A DNA stretch of 64,000 nt from an uncultured Acidimicrobiales bacterium (GTDB lineage Bacteria; Actinomycetota; Acidimicrobiia; Acidimicrobiales; SZUA-35), in contig CAVVWM010000011.1 in NCBI GenBank assembly GCA_963751955.1, positions 117,888-181,887 on the forward strand. Reading direction: 5' to 3'. The notes under the pieces were generated by a model. It did not search any database and had not been told where the DNA came from. It saw nothing but the letters and a program-made list of their open reading frames with translations. Shown here in pieces: positions 39,901-50,714 of the stretch (the stretch's first letter is position 1; the number at the start of each line of letters is the position of its first letter). Made by a program: the position numbers and the translations under genes.

Positions 39901-40934
39901 CTATGAACACTGTGTCAGATCGGCCAGACCGTCCCGCGGATTACCTTTTTCACCAATTCTTGACACAGCGGGAGCCGAAGGAACAGTGAGGTCGATCTCA
40001 TGAACGCAGCGCAAATCAACCGAAAGCAGCAGCGTCTCGAGGCTCACGACCTTGGCTGCGAGGTCGTTGTCGTCGCCGAGCAGAGCCCGACCCCCGGCCT
40101 CCAGGCGCAGGGCCAATTGATCTCCGGTGACGATCACCTCGGTGACCGCAGCCCTCACCGGTGGCGTGATCTCGTTCATGAGCCGGAGGACCGCAGTGGA
40201 TCCCGGGGGGCAGGATCCCCGGGTACGCCGGTCGCTTCGAGCCCGATAACCGGGAGAAATCCATCGGGGGGGATTTCGGTGGTCCGAACCTGCCGACCGT
40301 CATCGTCCACGAGTACGAACCGGTCACCGGAGCGCAGCGCCATCGTGGGCTCACGTTCGGTGACGGTGATGTCGATGCGGCCGTTGAGATTTCGAATCAC
40401 GGTGGCCGACCGGATTTCAGGAAGTGCCTGCACCCGCCGTTCGGTTGCCTCGACAGGGAGGTCGAGTATCGGTGTCCCAAGAGGTACCGCAGCTGCATCG
40501 AGGATGACCGATTCATCCAACATGTCGGCCCCTCGCACCGACACACTGTCGATCGCCATCAACGGCGATCGAATCAGGCCGATTCCGGCGGCTGCGGTCA
40601 GCGACAATGCGAGGAGAACAACGACGACGCTCTTGCGGCGCTGCCTGCGGACCTTTCTCACCTCCTCGGCGCGAGCGGTGAGATTGCGGGCCCCGACCTG
40701 TGACCGACCGCCGATCTGGTGCCCGGCTGAGGTGCGCGGTTTGGATTTGGTTTTGGCAGAGCGCTTCTTGGCGACTGTTCCCGATCGTGCTCGAGCGCTG
40801 GCAGCCGCCTTCTTGGCCGCACGCTTCTTGGGGACAGCCGGCTTTCTTGAGTTCGCCTTTTTCTTCGCCACCTTTCTCTTGGTGGCAGCCTTCTTTGCCG
40901 CCTTTTTCGGACGTTGCCTGGTGGAGGAAGTCAT
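39901..40934 (-). CDS. ftsQ: Cell division protein FtsQ/DivIB with a Lys/Arg-rich N-terminal tail; frameshift in the G6 run at 40205-40210
   Basis: Single TM, POTRA domain (I..V.V.G; LP.I..A.V.R; I.VTER.P) and position between murB and ftsZ. Adding one base joins ORF 39901..40179 (IDLTVPSAP). The ATG overlaps the murB stop. Confidence 0.88.
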
Positions 40935-41932
40935 CGTGTGCCTTTCGCCCCTGCGACGTCGGCGTCGTTGGCGTCGTTGGTGTCGAAGCCGATCAGACGG
41001 TTCTCGACCTTCAACTCCACACCAAACTTCTCGAGCACTCGTTGCTGGACGATTTGGATCAACGCAGCGATGTCGTCGGCACTGCCGCCGGGCTCGGCTT
41101 GGATGAAGTTGGCGTGTTTGTCCGAGACCCGTGCGGTCCCAACCCCGAAACCCTTGAGTCCACACTCATCAATGAGGCGACCGGCGGAGTCTCCTGGCGG
41201 GTTGGCAAACACCGAGCCTGCGTTCTGGCCCCCGGGCTGGTTGGCTCTGCGCCACGCCACGATTTCTCGGAGTTCTGCCTGGCCATCGTGTTGACCAGCC
41301 TCCTCAAGTTCCAACTCGGCAAACAACACCACGTCGTCAGACTTGATGTTGCTCTGCCGGTAGCCGAAGTCGCAGTCTTTGGCAGACCACAAGGTTGGAC
41401 CCCCCGACTCCATGTTGAATACAGACACATTGCGAATCGAAGCCGCCATGTCCGAACCGTGGCCTCCGGCATTCATCCGCACGGCTCCGCCAACTGTCCC
41501 AGGAACGCCGACGGCCCACTCGAACCCGGTGAGGCCTGAGGCGACGAGTCGCCGGGCTACACGCGGCAGCATGCATGCGCCGCCGACAACGACTTGGCTG
41601 ACGCCACGCACCGGTTTGCCAATCTCCATTGATGAGAAGGCCTCACCGAGCTGAAGCACGACACCTGCGAAACCGTGATCACTGACCAGCAGATTGCTCC
41701 CGGCGCCAACAACCAAGAACGGCACGCCGCTGGGTGTGTGTAGTCGAACAGTCTCGAGATCTTGCACCGACTCGACCTTCACGAGGACAGACGCCGATCC
41801 TCCGACGCGATAGGTACTCAGATCGCCTACCGAACCGTTGCGTTGGGCCCGATCCGGCAGGTATTTGATCAATTGAGCCACGAAGTCGTCGCCTTCTGTA
41901 GCCACTCCATTGCCCAGGTTGCCGCTAGCCAT
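40931..41932 (-). CDS. murB: UDP-N-acetylenolpyruvoylglucosamine reductase
   Basis: [42 protein letters not shown] and S.KHANF motifs. Confidence 0.96.
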   Translation of the reverse strand: MASGNLGNGVATEGDDFVAQLIKYLPDRAQRNGSVGDLSTYRVGGSASVLVKVESVQDLETVRLHTPSGVPFLVVGAGSNLLVSDHGFAGVVLQLGEAFSSMEIGKPVRGVSQVVVGGACMLPRVARRLVASGLTGFEWAVGVPGTVGGAVRMNAGGHGSDMAASIRNVSVFNMESGGPTLWSAKDCDFGYRQSNIKSDDVVLFAELELEEAGQHDGQAELREIVAWRRANQPGGQNAGSVFANPPGDSAGRLIDECGLKGFGVGTARVSDKHANFIQAEPGGSADDIAALIQIVQQRVLEKFGVELKVENRLIGFDTNDANDADVAGAKGTR

Positions 41933-43322
41933 CGCTGAACTCCAGCGCATCCAGCACATCGTCAGCGATTGTGGGCAGGTCGCCAGCGCTGAGCAGCAGG
42001 CAGAGATCACCGCTGGACGCGATTGCGGTGAGAGCTGCTGGGACCTCATCGATCTCGCCCACCCGTGTGAGTGCCAACGACGGTGCCAGTCGGCGAAGGT
42101 CGTCAAATATCAGCTCCGACGTGATGCCTGGGCGGGGCGACTCACCGGAAGGGTAGATTTCTGTGAGCACCACCGAGTCGGCCATAGCTAGAGCGTCGGC
42201 ATAGGTCCGCCACAAGGCTTCGGTCCGGCTGTAGCGATGGGGCTGGAAAACTACGTGAACTCGTCCATGACACACTTCTCGGGCTGCCCCGATCGCTGCC
42301 CGGATCTCGCCGTGCAGATGTGCATAGTCGTCTACCACCTCGACCCCTGCCCGGCTACCTCGACGTTCGAATCGCCTTCCGACACCTTCGAATTGGGACA
42401 ACGCAACCGCTGCGGCCTCGGTGTCGTAGCCCAGCGCTTGGACCACTGCGAGGGAACCGGTCAAGTTGAGGGCGTTGTGAAGTCCTGGCAGCTGTGGCTC
42501 GACAAGCACGACCTCTGATCCGAGTGCGATCTTGGAAACCGGGGGTGTGAACTGGAGTCTCACGTCTGCACCTTCGTGGTCACCATAAACCGTGAGCGTG
42601 GCACTCGGTGCCTCACCTCGGTCGAGGGAGCCGATCACCCCCGGATCGGAGCCACAAACCACGGCATGGCGAAGTGAGGGATCCCGAATGAAGGAATCGA
42701 AGGCAGCGAACAGACCCACCTCGCCGCCGTAGTACTCAAGATGGTCGGGCTCGATGTTTGTCACAACACCCACATCGACCTCCAACTCAACGAAAGTCCC
42801 GTCGCTTTCATCGGCCTCGACAACGAGAATCCCGCCGGGTTCGCCCAAGACCGCGCCCGGTACGGCTTGGTCTACACCGAGGATCTTTCCGCCGACGATA
42901 GAGGTGACGTCGACCCCGGCACCGAGCAGAGCTGCAGTGGTCATGGACGAAGTGGTGGTCTTTCCATGGGTGCCTGCGATCGCAACCGTCTGGAAGGCGG
43001 CGGTGATAGCGGTCAGCAGTTCGGCCCGGCGAAACACGGGTCGTTGGGCACCAAGCGCCGTCGCCACCTCGGGGTGAGCATCGGGCACTGCCGTCGACCT
43101 CACGATCAAAGCGTCGTCGCCGATCGTTTCATAGTCCGCACCAACGGTGATCGCCACGCCCAAGTCGGCCAACGCTCCAAGGGTCTCAGAAGAACGCTGG
43201 TCCGAGCCCGAAACCGACAAGCCCATGCGGGCCAAAACTGCGGTGATCGGTGCCATTCCCGTCCCACCGCAGCCGATCACGTGGATCGCGGGCTTGGTTG
43301 AAAGATCGATCAGCCGCTTCAT
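41925..43322 (-). CDS. murC: UDP-N-acetylmuramate-L-alanine ligase
   Basis: HVIGCGG.GM, GSD, AGTHGKTTT, EADESD, NIEPDHL, RRFE, DDYAH and FQPHRYSRT motifs. Confidence 0.96.
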   Translation of the reverse strand: MKRLIDLSTKPAIHVIGCGGTGMAPITAVLARMGLSVSGSDQRSSETLGALADLGVAITVGADYETIGDDALIVRSTAVPDAHPEVATALGAQRPVFRRAELLTAITAAFQTVAIAGTHGKTTTSSMTTAALLGAGVDVTSIVGGKILGVDQAVPGAVLGEPGGILVVEADESDGTFVELEVDVGVVTNIEPDHLEYYGGEVGLFAAFDSFIRDPSLRHAVVCGSDPGVIGSLDRGEAPSATLTVYGDHEGADVRLQFTPPVSKIALGSEVVLVEPQLPGLHNALNLTGSLAVVQALGYDTEAAAVALSQFEGVGRRFERRGSRAGVEVVDDYAHLHGEIRAAIGAAREVCHGRVHVVFQPHRYSRTEALWRTYADALAMADSVVLTEIYPSGESPRPGITSELIFDDLRRLAPSLALTRVGEIDEVPAALTAIASSGDLCLLLSAGDLPTIADDVLDALEFSDG

Positions 43323-44452
43323 CAGAGAGCCGAGTCTTGCAGATGAGAGTGGACGAGTAGCGCCACCTCGTGAGCGGCGCGGGCGTGGTCGACAGTAGGA
43401 ATCGCCTCCCGCATCTGCCTCCGCCGGTCCGACTCGAGGAGCGGTGACAGATTTGTCTGCAAGTACTCACCTGACAGCTCGGCGTCATCCAAGATGATCG
43501 CTCGGCCGACACTCTCCAGTTCTTTCGCATTCGCGAGCTGGTGCTGGCGTGGGGCGCTCGGCAGCGGCACGATTGCAGCCGGCAGTCCCGCGACGGCCAA
43601 TTCAGCGATCGTGCTGGCACCGCCCCGGGTCAGGGCGAGGTCCGCACCCATCAGCAGGCTAGGCATATCGGTCTCGTAGGGAACGGTGATATACCGATCG
43701 CCCGAACCCGTCTGGAGCGGACGCAATGCATCTGGGTTCCTCCGGCCGACTACGTGATAGATCACGACATCGTCGCGATCGGACCACAACTCGGCCAGCT
43801 CCCGAACCGCGGAGTCGATGCTCCCCGCTCCGAGAGAACCAGCCCAGACGGCAAGGAGGCTCGTGTCGTCCTCGACAATACCGAGCTTGGCCCGAGCACT
43901 GCGCCGGCGCTCCGGTGATTGGTCAGACAACGCTTCCGCCACAGCGCTGCGGATCGGATTGCCGGTGAGCACTCCATCGGGCAGGTCGGTCGGTGGGAAC
44001 GGCAGAGCACAATCCGCGGCAAAGCGGCCAACAAGCCGGTTCACTGCGCTGGCCCGTGCGTTCTGTTCGGTGACAACAACCGGAATACCCAGGGTGCGGG
44101 CGGCCACGCTCGGTCCGAACGCTGCGAATCCGCCGAGGCAAACAACGACCTCAGGGTTTCGGCGCTTGACAAGCGATCTGGCCCGAGCCTGACCCCAGAG
44201 GAGTTCACCGATGCTCTTGATGGCGGCCAGCCCGATCCGGCGCGGTATTCCGCGACCGGGCAGGGTGTCCAGCGAAAACCCGGCCTCGGGTACCAGCGTT
44301 GCCTCGTTGCCGCGGGTAGAACCCACGAAACCGATGTCATCTCGGGAAAGACCCATCGCCACGAGGGCCTCCGCAACCGCGATGCCAGGATTCGTATGAC
44401 CCGCTGTGCCCCCTCCAGCGATGAGGACCCGCCTGTGGTCAGGCTCGGCCAC
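43322..44452 (-). CDS. murG: Lipid II GlcNAc transferase MurG
   Basis: AGGGTAGH..PG, GGFA, EQN, GNPIR, GSLGA, RGGASTIAE and HQ.ANA motifs. Confidence 0.96.
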   Translation of the reverse strand: MAEPDHRRVLIAGGGTAGHTNPGIAVAEALVAMGLSRDDIGFVGSTRGNEATLVPEAGFSLDTLPGRGIPRRIGLAAIKSIGELLWGQARARSLVKRRNPEVVVCLGGFAAFGPSVAARTLGIPVVVTEQNARASAVNRLVGRFAADCALPFPPTDLPDGVLTGNPIRSAVAEALSDQSPERRRSARAKLGIVEDDTSLLAVWAGSLGAGSIDSAVRELAELWSDRDDVVIYHVVGRRNPDALRPLQTGSGDRYITVPYETDMPSLLMGADLALTRGGASTIAELAVAGLPAAIVPLPSAPRQHQLANAKELESVGRAIILDDAELSGEYLQTNLSPLLESDRRRQMREAIPTVDHARAAHEVALLVHSHLQDSAL

Positions 44453-46248
44453 GGCGAGCTACTCCAACCAGGAGTCCACTGGCGAACAGTGTCGTGACCA
44501 GACTGGATCCACCCGCAGACACGAACGGCAGTGGTTCCCCGGTAATCGGCATCAGTCCCAGTGCCATACCGATGTTCAATGTGGCCTGGGTGACAATCCA
44601 GATCGTCAGGCCGGCAGCAAGATTGCGGCCGAACGCATCCGGGGCCCGAAGAGCCGCCGTGAAACCCAAGTAGCCGAGAAGGCCGAACGCAACCACAAGA
44701 GCAAGCGCACCGATTGCGCCCAGCTCCTCTGCAACGACAGCGAAGATGAAGTCGGTCTGCGCTTCGGGGAGGAACCCCCATTTGGCTCGACTTCCGCCCA
44801 GTCCCCTGCCGAACAGGCCGCCCGAAGCAATCCCGATCTGGCTCTGAACAGTCTGAAGTCCGATGCTGTCTGCGGTGGCCCATGGATCAAGGAACGCAAA
44901 CACACGCGCCCTTCGATAGGGAGCGCTGTAGGCCAGAACTGTTGCGCCGGCCAAGCCGCCCAGCGCCCAGCCGACAAGATGGGGCAGTCGGGCCTTGGCG
45001 ACGAACAACATCAGTATCGCCACCGTGCCCATGATGATCGGTGTCCCCAGCTTGGGCTGCAGGATCAGTAGGAACGAATACAGAATCACCAGTGCGAGCA
45101 CTGGCCGAATCGTCCGTTCGGGAAGGTGCATTTGGTGCTCGCGGGCTCCAAGAATCCGCGCCACCATCAAGATCAGTGCAAGCTTTGCCAGCTCTGCGGG
45201 TTGAATCACGACAGGTCCGATTGCGAGCCACCGGCTTGATCCGTTGGCTGAGGAACCGACACCCGGTATGAGAACTGCCAGGAGCAGCAACGCGCTCGAA
45301 GATCCCCGCAGGGATAGCGAGCGGAGCAACCCGGCGATAGTTCACCCGGCTACCCACGATGAACGCGGCTGCCCCGATGACTGCATACCGAAGCTGACGG
45401 GAGAAGGTGTAGAACGGCGATTTGTCGAACTTGTGGACCGATGAGACAGATGTTGCCGAAAGCACCATCACCAGACCGAACAAAGTCAGCCCAATGACCA
45501 AGATCGTGATCGACCATCCGGCTCGCTCACCCACGGCTGTAGCTGCCAGCTTATGCGTCCGATGAGGGCGCCACTGAGCCGCTCGCCGGAACCGATGCAC
45601 AAGCGAATCTCTCGCTCTACCTCCGCCTCGTGGGTGACGGTTTGGGGAAGACCGACGGGCCGGCGAAGCTGCTCGGCTCGAACCGAGATGACGGGATTTG
45701 TTTGACGGTCGACGATCGGGGACCGACGTTCTCTTGGCTTTGAGCGGTGCGGACCGCTTGGCACCTTTGGTGGGTGCCGACCGTTTGGTTGCCGCAGACC
45801 GTTTGGTTGCCGCCGACCGCTTGGTGGGTGCCGACCGTTTGGTTGCCGCCGACCGCTTGGTGGGTGCCGACCGTTTGGTTGCCGCCGACCGTTTGGTGGG
45901 TGCCGACCGTTTGGTTGAAGTTCGGGCAGTTGCAGCGGCTTGGGTTCTGGCCCTCGCAGCTTTGGCCGAGGCACCACGTTTGGCAGTCTTGAGATGATTG
46001 CTTGTGGTTCCGCGTGCTGAGGTTGCCTTGGTAGACCTTCGTTTGCCAGGGGCAGCATTTGCGACCTTCTTGGCCCCTTGGCGCGATTTCGTCTTGGGTG
46101 TTCGCTCGCCGCTCACCTGCTGCCGCCGCTGACGATCAGCATTTTGGGCCCGCTCCTTAGATGCGTTCTTACTCGCCGCCTTCTTGACCGTCTTTCGAGC
46201 GGCGCGTTTCTTCGCTGCAGCGGGGGTAGGGCGTTGGGTCGTGATCAT
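44439..46248 (-). CDS. ftsW: SEDS peptidoglycan polymerase FtsW with a polybasic N-terminal extension of about 240 aa; frameshift near 45305
   Basis: GLVMVLSA, NGSSRW, IQPAELAK, QPKLGT, Q..QS..GI.SGG.FG.GLG, LPEAQTDFIFAVVAEE and LPFVSAGGSS motifs. The ATG at 46248 overlaps the mraY stop (ATGA). Confidence 0.92.
45772..45915 (-). repeat. 18-bp coding tandem repeat, eight copies (TKRSAP/TKRSAA), in the FtsW N-terminal tail
   Basis: Read in ORF 44887..46596: TKRSAP TKRSAA TKRSAP TKRSAA TKRSAP TKRSAA TKRSAA TKRSAP. Confidence 0.95.
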
Positions 46249-47306
46249 GGGGTCAGCTCCACTGCGCCGACCCAGTCGGCGTAGAACAACCCAAGCGCAA
46301 CGGCGGTGAACCCGCCGGCGATGAGCCAGAACCGAACGATGACCTTCGTTTCCGCCCAGCCCTTCAATTCGAAGTGATGATGGACCGGTGCCATACGGAA
46401 CAATCTCTTGCCCTTCGTGGCCTTGAAGTAGCCAACTTGCAGCATCACCGAGAGAGTTTCGGCCACGTAGATTCCTCCAATGATGGGCAGCAGCAGGTGG
46501 GTATTCAGGAGGAGGGCGAGGACTGCAAGCCCGGTTCCTATGGCCAAGGACCCCGTGTCCCCCATGAAGATTTCGGCTGGGGCGGCGTTGAACCACAAGA
46601 ATCCAGCTAGCGCGCCAACCATTGCGACGGCGACAACGGCAAGGTCGAGCGCGTGGGGGACGTCGTAGAGCATCGGTCGGGTTTCAGCCTGTCGGAAGAT
46701 CCAGAATCCGATGAGTACATACGCCGCAAACGAGAAGATCCCCGAGCCTGCGGCAAGTCCATCGAGACCGTCGGTCAGGTTCACTGCGTTGCTGCTACCG
46801 ATAATGAGCAGCACGGCCCAGAGGATCCAGCCGGCCGTGCCTAGGTCAAAGTCTGTGTAGCGTGTGAAGGAGAGCTCAGTTCGGGTTCCCGTCCAACCCC
46901 GTTGTGCGGCAAACATGGCGCCGCCAGCGAAAGTTACGGCAACTGCCACCAGACCGCCCATTTTGGTGCGACTCGTCAAACCGAGGTTTCGTTCCCGCGA
47001 CACCTTGATCCAATCGTCGAGAAAACCCACCATCCCAGCTCCGACAATCGCTCCGATCGCCAGTAGTCCCGAGACCGTGAAGATGCCGCCGATGAGGAGG
47101 TGGCTGAAGAAGTAGCCCGCCACGGCACCGAACACGATGGCGATCCCACCCATTGTCGGGGTTCCGGCTTTGACCTGGTGACCCTGCGGACCGTCGGTTC
47201 TGATGGGCTGCCCGATGTGCCGCTTGAGAAGCAGGTCGATCAACAGACGAGCACCAAGGGCGCTCAGCGCGAAGGCGATACCGGCTGCGGTAAGAAGTCG
47301 AATCAC
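46245..47306 (-). CDS. mraY: Phospho-N-acetylmuramoyl-pentapeptide transferase
   Basis: GQ.IR.DGP..H..KAGTPTMGG, GFLDD, SNAVNLTDGLDGLA, IFMGDTGSL and FRMAP.HHHFE motifs. Confidence 0.98.
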   Translation of the reverse strand: MIRLLTAAGIAFALSALGARLLIDLLLKRHIGQPIRTDGPQGHQVKAGTPTMGGIAIVFGAVAGYFFSHLLIGGIFTVSGLLAIGAIVGAGMVGFLDDWIKVSRERNLGLTSRTKMGGLVAVAVTFAGGAMFAAQRGWTGTRTELSFTRYTDFDLGTAGWILWAVLLIIGSSNAVNLTDGLDGLAAGSGIFSFAAYVLIGFWIFRQAETRPMLYDVPHALDLAVVAVAMVGALAGFLWFNAAPAEIFMGDTGSLAIGTGLAVLALLLNTHLLLPIIGGIYVAETLSVMLQVGYFKATKGKRLFRMAPVHHHFELKGWAETKVIVRFWLIAGGFTAVALGLFYADWVGAVELTP

Positions 47307-47310
47307 GCCG

Positions 47311-48717
47311 TCACCACCCAGCGCTTTGAAGCGCGGCCACGGCTGCCAGACGATCGTCGAAGTCGATGACAGCTGTGCCTACGGTCTGAGTGGTCTCATG
47401 ACCCTTGCCGGCGATCAACACCACATCGCCAGGCTTGGCACCTGCGACAGCCGCGTCGATTGCGGCTTGCCGATCGGGCTCCACCACAAGGGAGCTGCCG
47501 TCTGGGATTCCAGCAACAATCTGCTCGATGATGAGGTCTGGGTCTTCGCTACGTGGGTTGTCCGATGTGACAACCACTCGATCAGCATCTGCCGCAGCGA
47601 CGGCTCCCATGAGTGGCCGCTTGGCCTGGTCGCGGTCTCCGCCACAGCCGAAGACCACAGTGACGTGTCCATCGGTGGAAACTGCGGTTCTGCAGGCAGC
47701 GAGGGCCGCGTGGATGCTGTCCGGTGTGTGGGAGTAGTCGACGACGACTCGAAACGGTTGTCCGATCGAGACCCACTCCATACGCCCTGGCACCGGATCA
47801 ATCGCCCCGAGGGCGTCTGCGACGTCGTCGGCGTCAAAACCGATCGTGTCGAGGATCGTGGCCGCACAGACGGCGTTTGAGACGTTGTGGGCGCCAGCCA
47901 GTTGAAGCGTTACCGGTCGACCCTGCCAGTGGAAGTGGCTCGTAGGCCCATCAAGGGTGAGCTCGGCTGCATCGGTGAGGGAGTAGGGCCTTGCGTCTGT
48001 ACGTCGCGCGAGCAGCGTGCGCCCGTGCTCATCGTCGGCGTTGATGACCGCACGCATGGACAACTCGGGCTGGAAGAGGCGCGCCTTGGCGGCGAAGTAG
48101 TCGTCCATGGTGGAATGAAAATCCAGGTGGTCTTGGGAGAGGTTGGTGAAGGCCGCTACTTCGAACCTCATGCCATTCACGCGGTGCAGCTCAAGTGCGT
48201 GGCTTGACACCTCCATCGCAAGATTCCTGACTCCCCTACTGCGCAGGCCAGCGAGTTTGGCGAACAAGTCCGGGGCCTCGGGTGTGGTGCGAGCCCCGGT
48301 CAGCGTGCCGAGCACCTCAACTGACTGGCCGAGTTTGGTCAGCATCGAGCCGAGCATGTGGGTAACTGTTGTCTTGCCGTTCGTGCCGGTGACGCCTATG
48401 ACAGTCACGTTCAGTTCAGGATGGCCATAGACCGCAGCCGCCGCAGGTCCCATTGAGGCACGGCTGTTCTCCACGAGAATCTGAGGACAGTTGATCTCCA
48501 GGTCACGTTCAACCAGAAGGGCAGCAGCACCGCTATTGAGGGCCGCCGCTGCAAAGTCGTGCCCATCGGCGTTGTCACCTGGAATGCAGGCGAAGATCGC
48601 CCCAGGCTCGACCGAACGCGAATCGTGGGCGATGCTCGTCACCACATCGGAATTGCCCGTTAGTCTGCCACCGATTTCTGAAGCCAGGCTGTCCAGCGCG
48701 ATTCCGATGGTGCTCAT
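47311..48717 (-). CDS. murE: UDP-MurNAc-tripeptide synthetase (meso-DAP type)
   Basis: DSR, GVTGTNGKTT, TTPE, MEVSSH, TNLSQDHLDFH, VDYSHTPD, FGCGGDRD and AGKGHE motifs; DNPR motif indicates DAP specificity. Confidence 0.97.
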   Translation of the reverse strand: MSTIGIALDSLASEIGGRLTGNSDVVTSIAHDSRSVEPGAIFACIPGDNADGHDFAAAALNSGAAALLVERDLEINCPQILVENSRASMGPAAAAVYGHPELNVTVIGVTGTNGKTTVTHMLGSMLTKLGQSVEVLGTLTGARTTPEAPDLFAKLAGLRSRGVRNLAMEVSSHALELHRVNGMRFEVAAFTNLSQDHLDFHSTMDDYFAAKARLFQPELSMRAVINADDEHGRTLLARRTDARPYSLTDAAELTLDGPTSHFHWQGRPVTLQLAGAHNVSNAVCAATILDTIGFDADDVADALGAIDPVPGRMEWVSIGQPFRVVVDYSHTPDSIHAALAACRTAVSTDGHVTVVFGCGGDRDQAKRPLMGAVAAADADRVVVTSDNPRSEDPDLIIEQIVAGIPDGSSLVVEPDRQAAIDAAVAGAKPGDVVLIAGKGHETTQTVGTAVIDFDDRLAAVAALQSAGW

Positions 48718-50714
48718 TCCCCTCCCTCGGATAGGTCGAGGCTCACCACATTCGGCTCCGGTGAGCTGGGCTCGGCGGGGTCGGGCGGGTCAGTCTCAGC
48801 CGGCTGTTCGATCACTGCGGGCGGATCGGCATCGATCGTCGTCTCGATCGCGGTATTCGTTTCATCTGGGGATGTTGCAGCCGTTGGAGCCGGGGAATCG
48901 GTGGGGTCCTGGCCACGCGGTCCATCCTCGGCCAAGGCGGGGGTACCTCGGACCAGGGCTCGTTGCTCGCGCCAACCTGGTTGATCATCGCCTCCAGCCG
49001 GTGCGATGTTGAGGACTCTGAGTGCGTACTGAGCGATTTGGGCGAACGTTGGAGCGGCAGCGGTCGTTGCGCTCGTTGCCGTTCGTGGTTCGTCAATCAC
49101 CAGTACAACCGAGAGCTCGGGCGCTTCAGCGGGCACCAGACCTCCGAAGGTCGTGAGGTACCGACGATCTTGGTCGGTGCCATAGGTCAGGCGCCCGCTT
49201 CCGTTGTCGAACACCTTCCAGGCCGTGCCGGTCTTGCCGGCAACCGTGTAGCCCTCGATTTGGGCTTTTGCCCCGGTTCCGTCCTCTCCTGTGACGGCGG
49301 TCAGCATCGTCAGCGTTTCGCTGGCGGCTTCGGGACTGATGACACGTCGCCTGTCTTCGTTCTCTGCCGGTTCGGCTACGAGCCGTAGAGGCGTATACAA
49401 ACCATCATTTCCCACAGTGTTGAAGGCGCTTGCAAGCTGCATCAGGTTTACCGTCATGCCCTGACCGATCACGATGGAGCCTGCGTCACTACCCAGCCAC
49501 TCACTGGGAGATCGAAGAACACCCGTCGACTCGCCCTTGACGCCTAGACCGGTCAGCTGACCAAAACCGAAGCCGGTCGCATAGTCGTAGTAGACCTCTT
49601 TTCCCATTTGTTGAGACAACGTGATGGCGGCAACGTTGCTTGACTGGCCCATTGCATCGGCTAGCCGCATGAGCTGGTCGTCGTGGCTCGGATGATCGAA
49701 GAAGCGTTTGTCAGAAACCTCGATCGATCCCGGGACCATCATCTGGTCGTCGGCCTTGTAGCCCAGCCGATCCGCTGCTGCTGCAAAGGACACGACCTTC
49801 ATCACAGAACCCGGTTCAAAGGTGTCGATGGCGGCCTTGTTGTACGAGGCCACACCGCAAGTGGTTTCGCCGGTGCGTTCAACCGACGCCATCGCATAGA
49901 CCTCGCCGGTCGACGGATCGCTCACGATCGCAGATGCCCCCTGGGCTCCTAGCTTCTCGCAGGTGTCTTTCAGGATTGCCTCGGTACCGAACTGGACGCG
50001 GTGGTCCAGCGTGAGTGTCAGGTCGAAACCACGCTCGGGCAGCTGAACCGAACGCTCACCCACGCTGATCGATCCGAACCGTCCTCGCTCGAAACGCTCG
50101 ACACCTTCGGTTCCGCGCAAGATCTCATCGAATTGGAGTTCGATACCGGACCGGCCAACTTCATCGGGATCGACCCGACCGATGACAGGCCTGGCCAACT
50201 CGCCGGCGGGATACAGCCGATCCTCCTCGGGTCGTATCACAATGCCGCTGAACGCCTTGGAGGTTTCGCTGTCAGCAACCAGTGCGCGGATGCCGGCCAG
50301 TGCTGCGGCGTCAGCCGTTGTGGCCACGACGTTGTATCGATCCTCGGGTGAGGACGGCAGCAGACGAGTCTCGAGGTCAGAGGCGTCCCGGCCTAGCTGA
50401 GGAGCGAGCAGCGCAGCAGTCCATTCCGGGTCTTTCACAAGCTGGGGATCAGCGATGATTTGTTGGGTTGGGGTGCTGGCTGCGAGCACGAAACCTTCAC
50501 GATCCAGAAGCCGCCCCCGGAATCCGGGGAGAGTCCGTGTGGCAGTGCCCTGATCGTGCGCCAGGCTGCGATAGCGCTCCGGGCGAACAGCCTGGAGGTC
50601 GATCAGCTGGGCGGCATAGATCACCATCACGACAAAGAAGACGGCCAACACGGTAAATAGCTGCGGATGTTCTGCGAAAAGGACTCGTGTCGAGCGAGTC
50701 TTGGCGCGGCTCAT
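48714..50714 (-). CDS. ftsI: Class B penicillin-binding protein FtsI
   Basis: N-terminal TM, RG...DR, R.YP.G, G..GIE, and catalytic SVMK (SxxK), SSN (SxN) and KTG motifs. Confidence 0.95.
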   Translation of the reverse strand: MSRAKTRSTRVLFAEHPQLFTVLAVFFVVMVIYAAQLIDLQAVRPERYRSLAHDQGTATRTLPGFRGRLLDREGFVLAASTPTQQIIADPQLVKDPEWTAALLAPQLGRDASDLETRLLPSSPEDRYNVVATTADAAALAGIRALVADSETSKAFSGIVIRPEEDRLYPAGELARPVIGRVDPDEVGRSGIELQFDEILRGTEGVERFERGRFGSISVGERSVQLPERGFDLTLTLDHRVQFGTEAILKDTCEKLGAQGASAIVSDPSTGEVYAMASVERTGETTCGVASYNKAAIDTFEPGSVMKVVSFAAAADRLGYKADDQMMVPGSIEVSDKRFFDHPSHDDQLMRLADAMGQSSNVAAITLSQQMGKEVYYDYATGFGFGQLTGLGVKGESTGVLRSPSEWLGSDAGSIVIGQGMTVNLMQLASAFNTVGNDGLYTPLRLVAEPAENEDRRRVISPEAASETLTMLTAVTGEDGTGAKAQIEGYTVAGKTGTAWKVFDNGSGRLTYGTDQDRRYLTTFGGLVPAEAPELSVVLVIDEPRTATSATTAAAPTFAQIAQYALRVLNIAPAGGDDQPGWREQRALVRGTPALAEDGPRGQDPTDSPAPTAATSPDETNTAIETTIDADPPAVIEQPAETDPPDPAEPSSPEPNVVSLDLSEGGE

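Noticed and set aside
39887-39902. LexA (SOS) box near the ftsQ end (TTGAACACATATTCCT)
   Set aside because: Several mismatches to the actinobacterial TCGAAC-N4-GTTCGA consensus.
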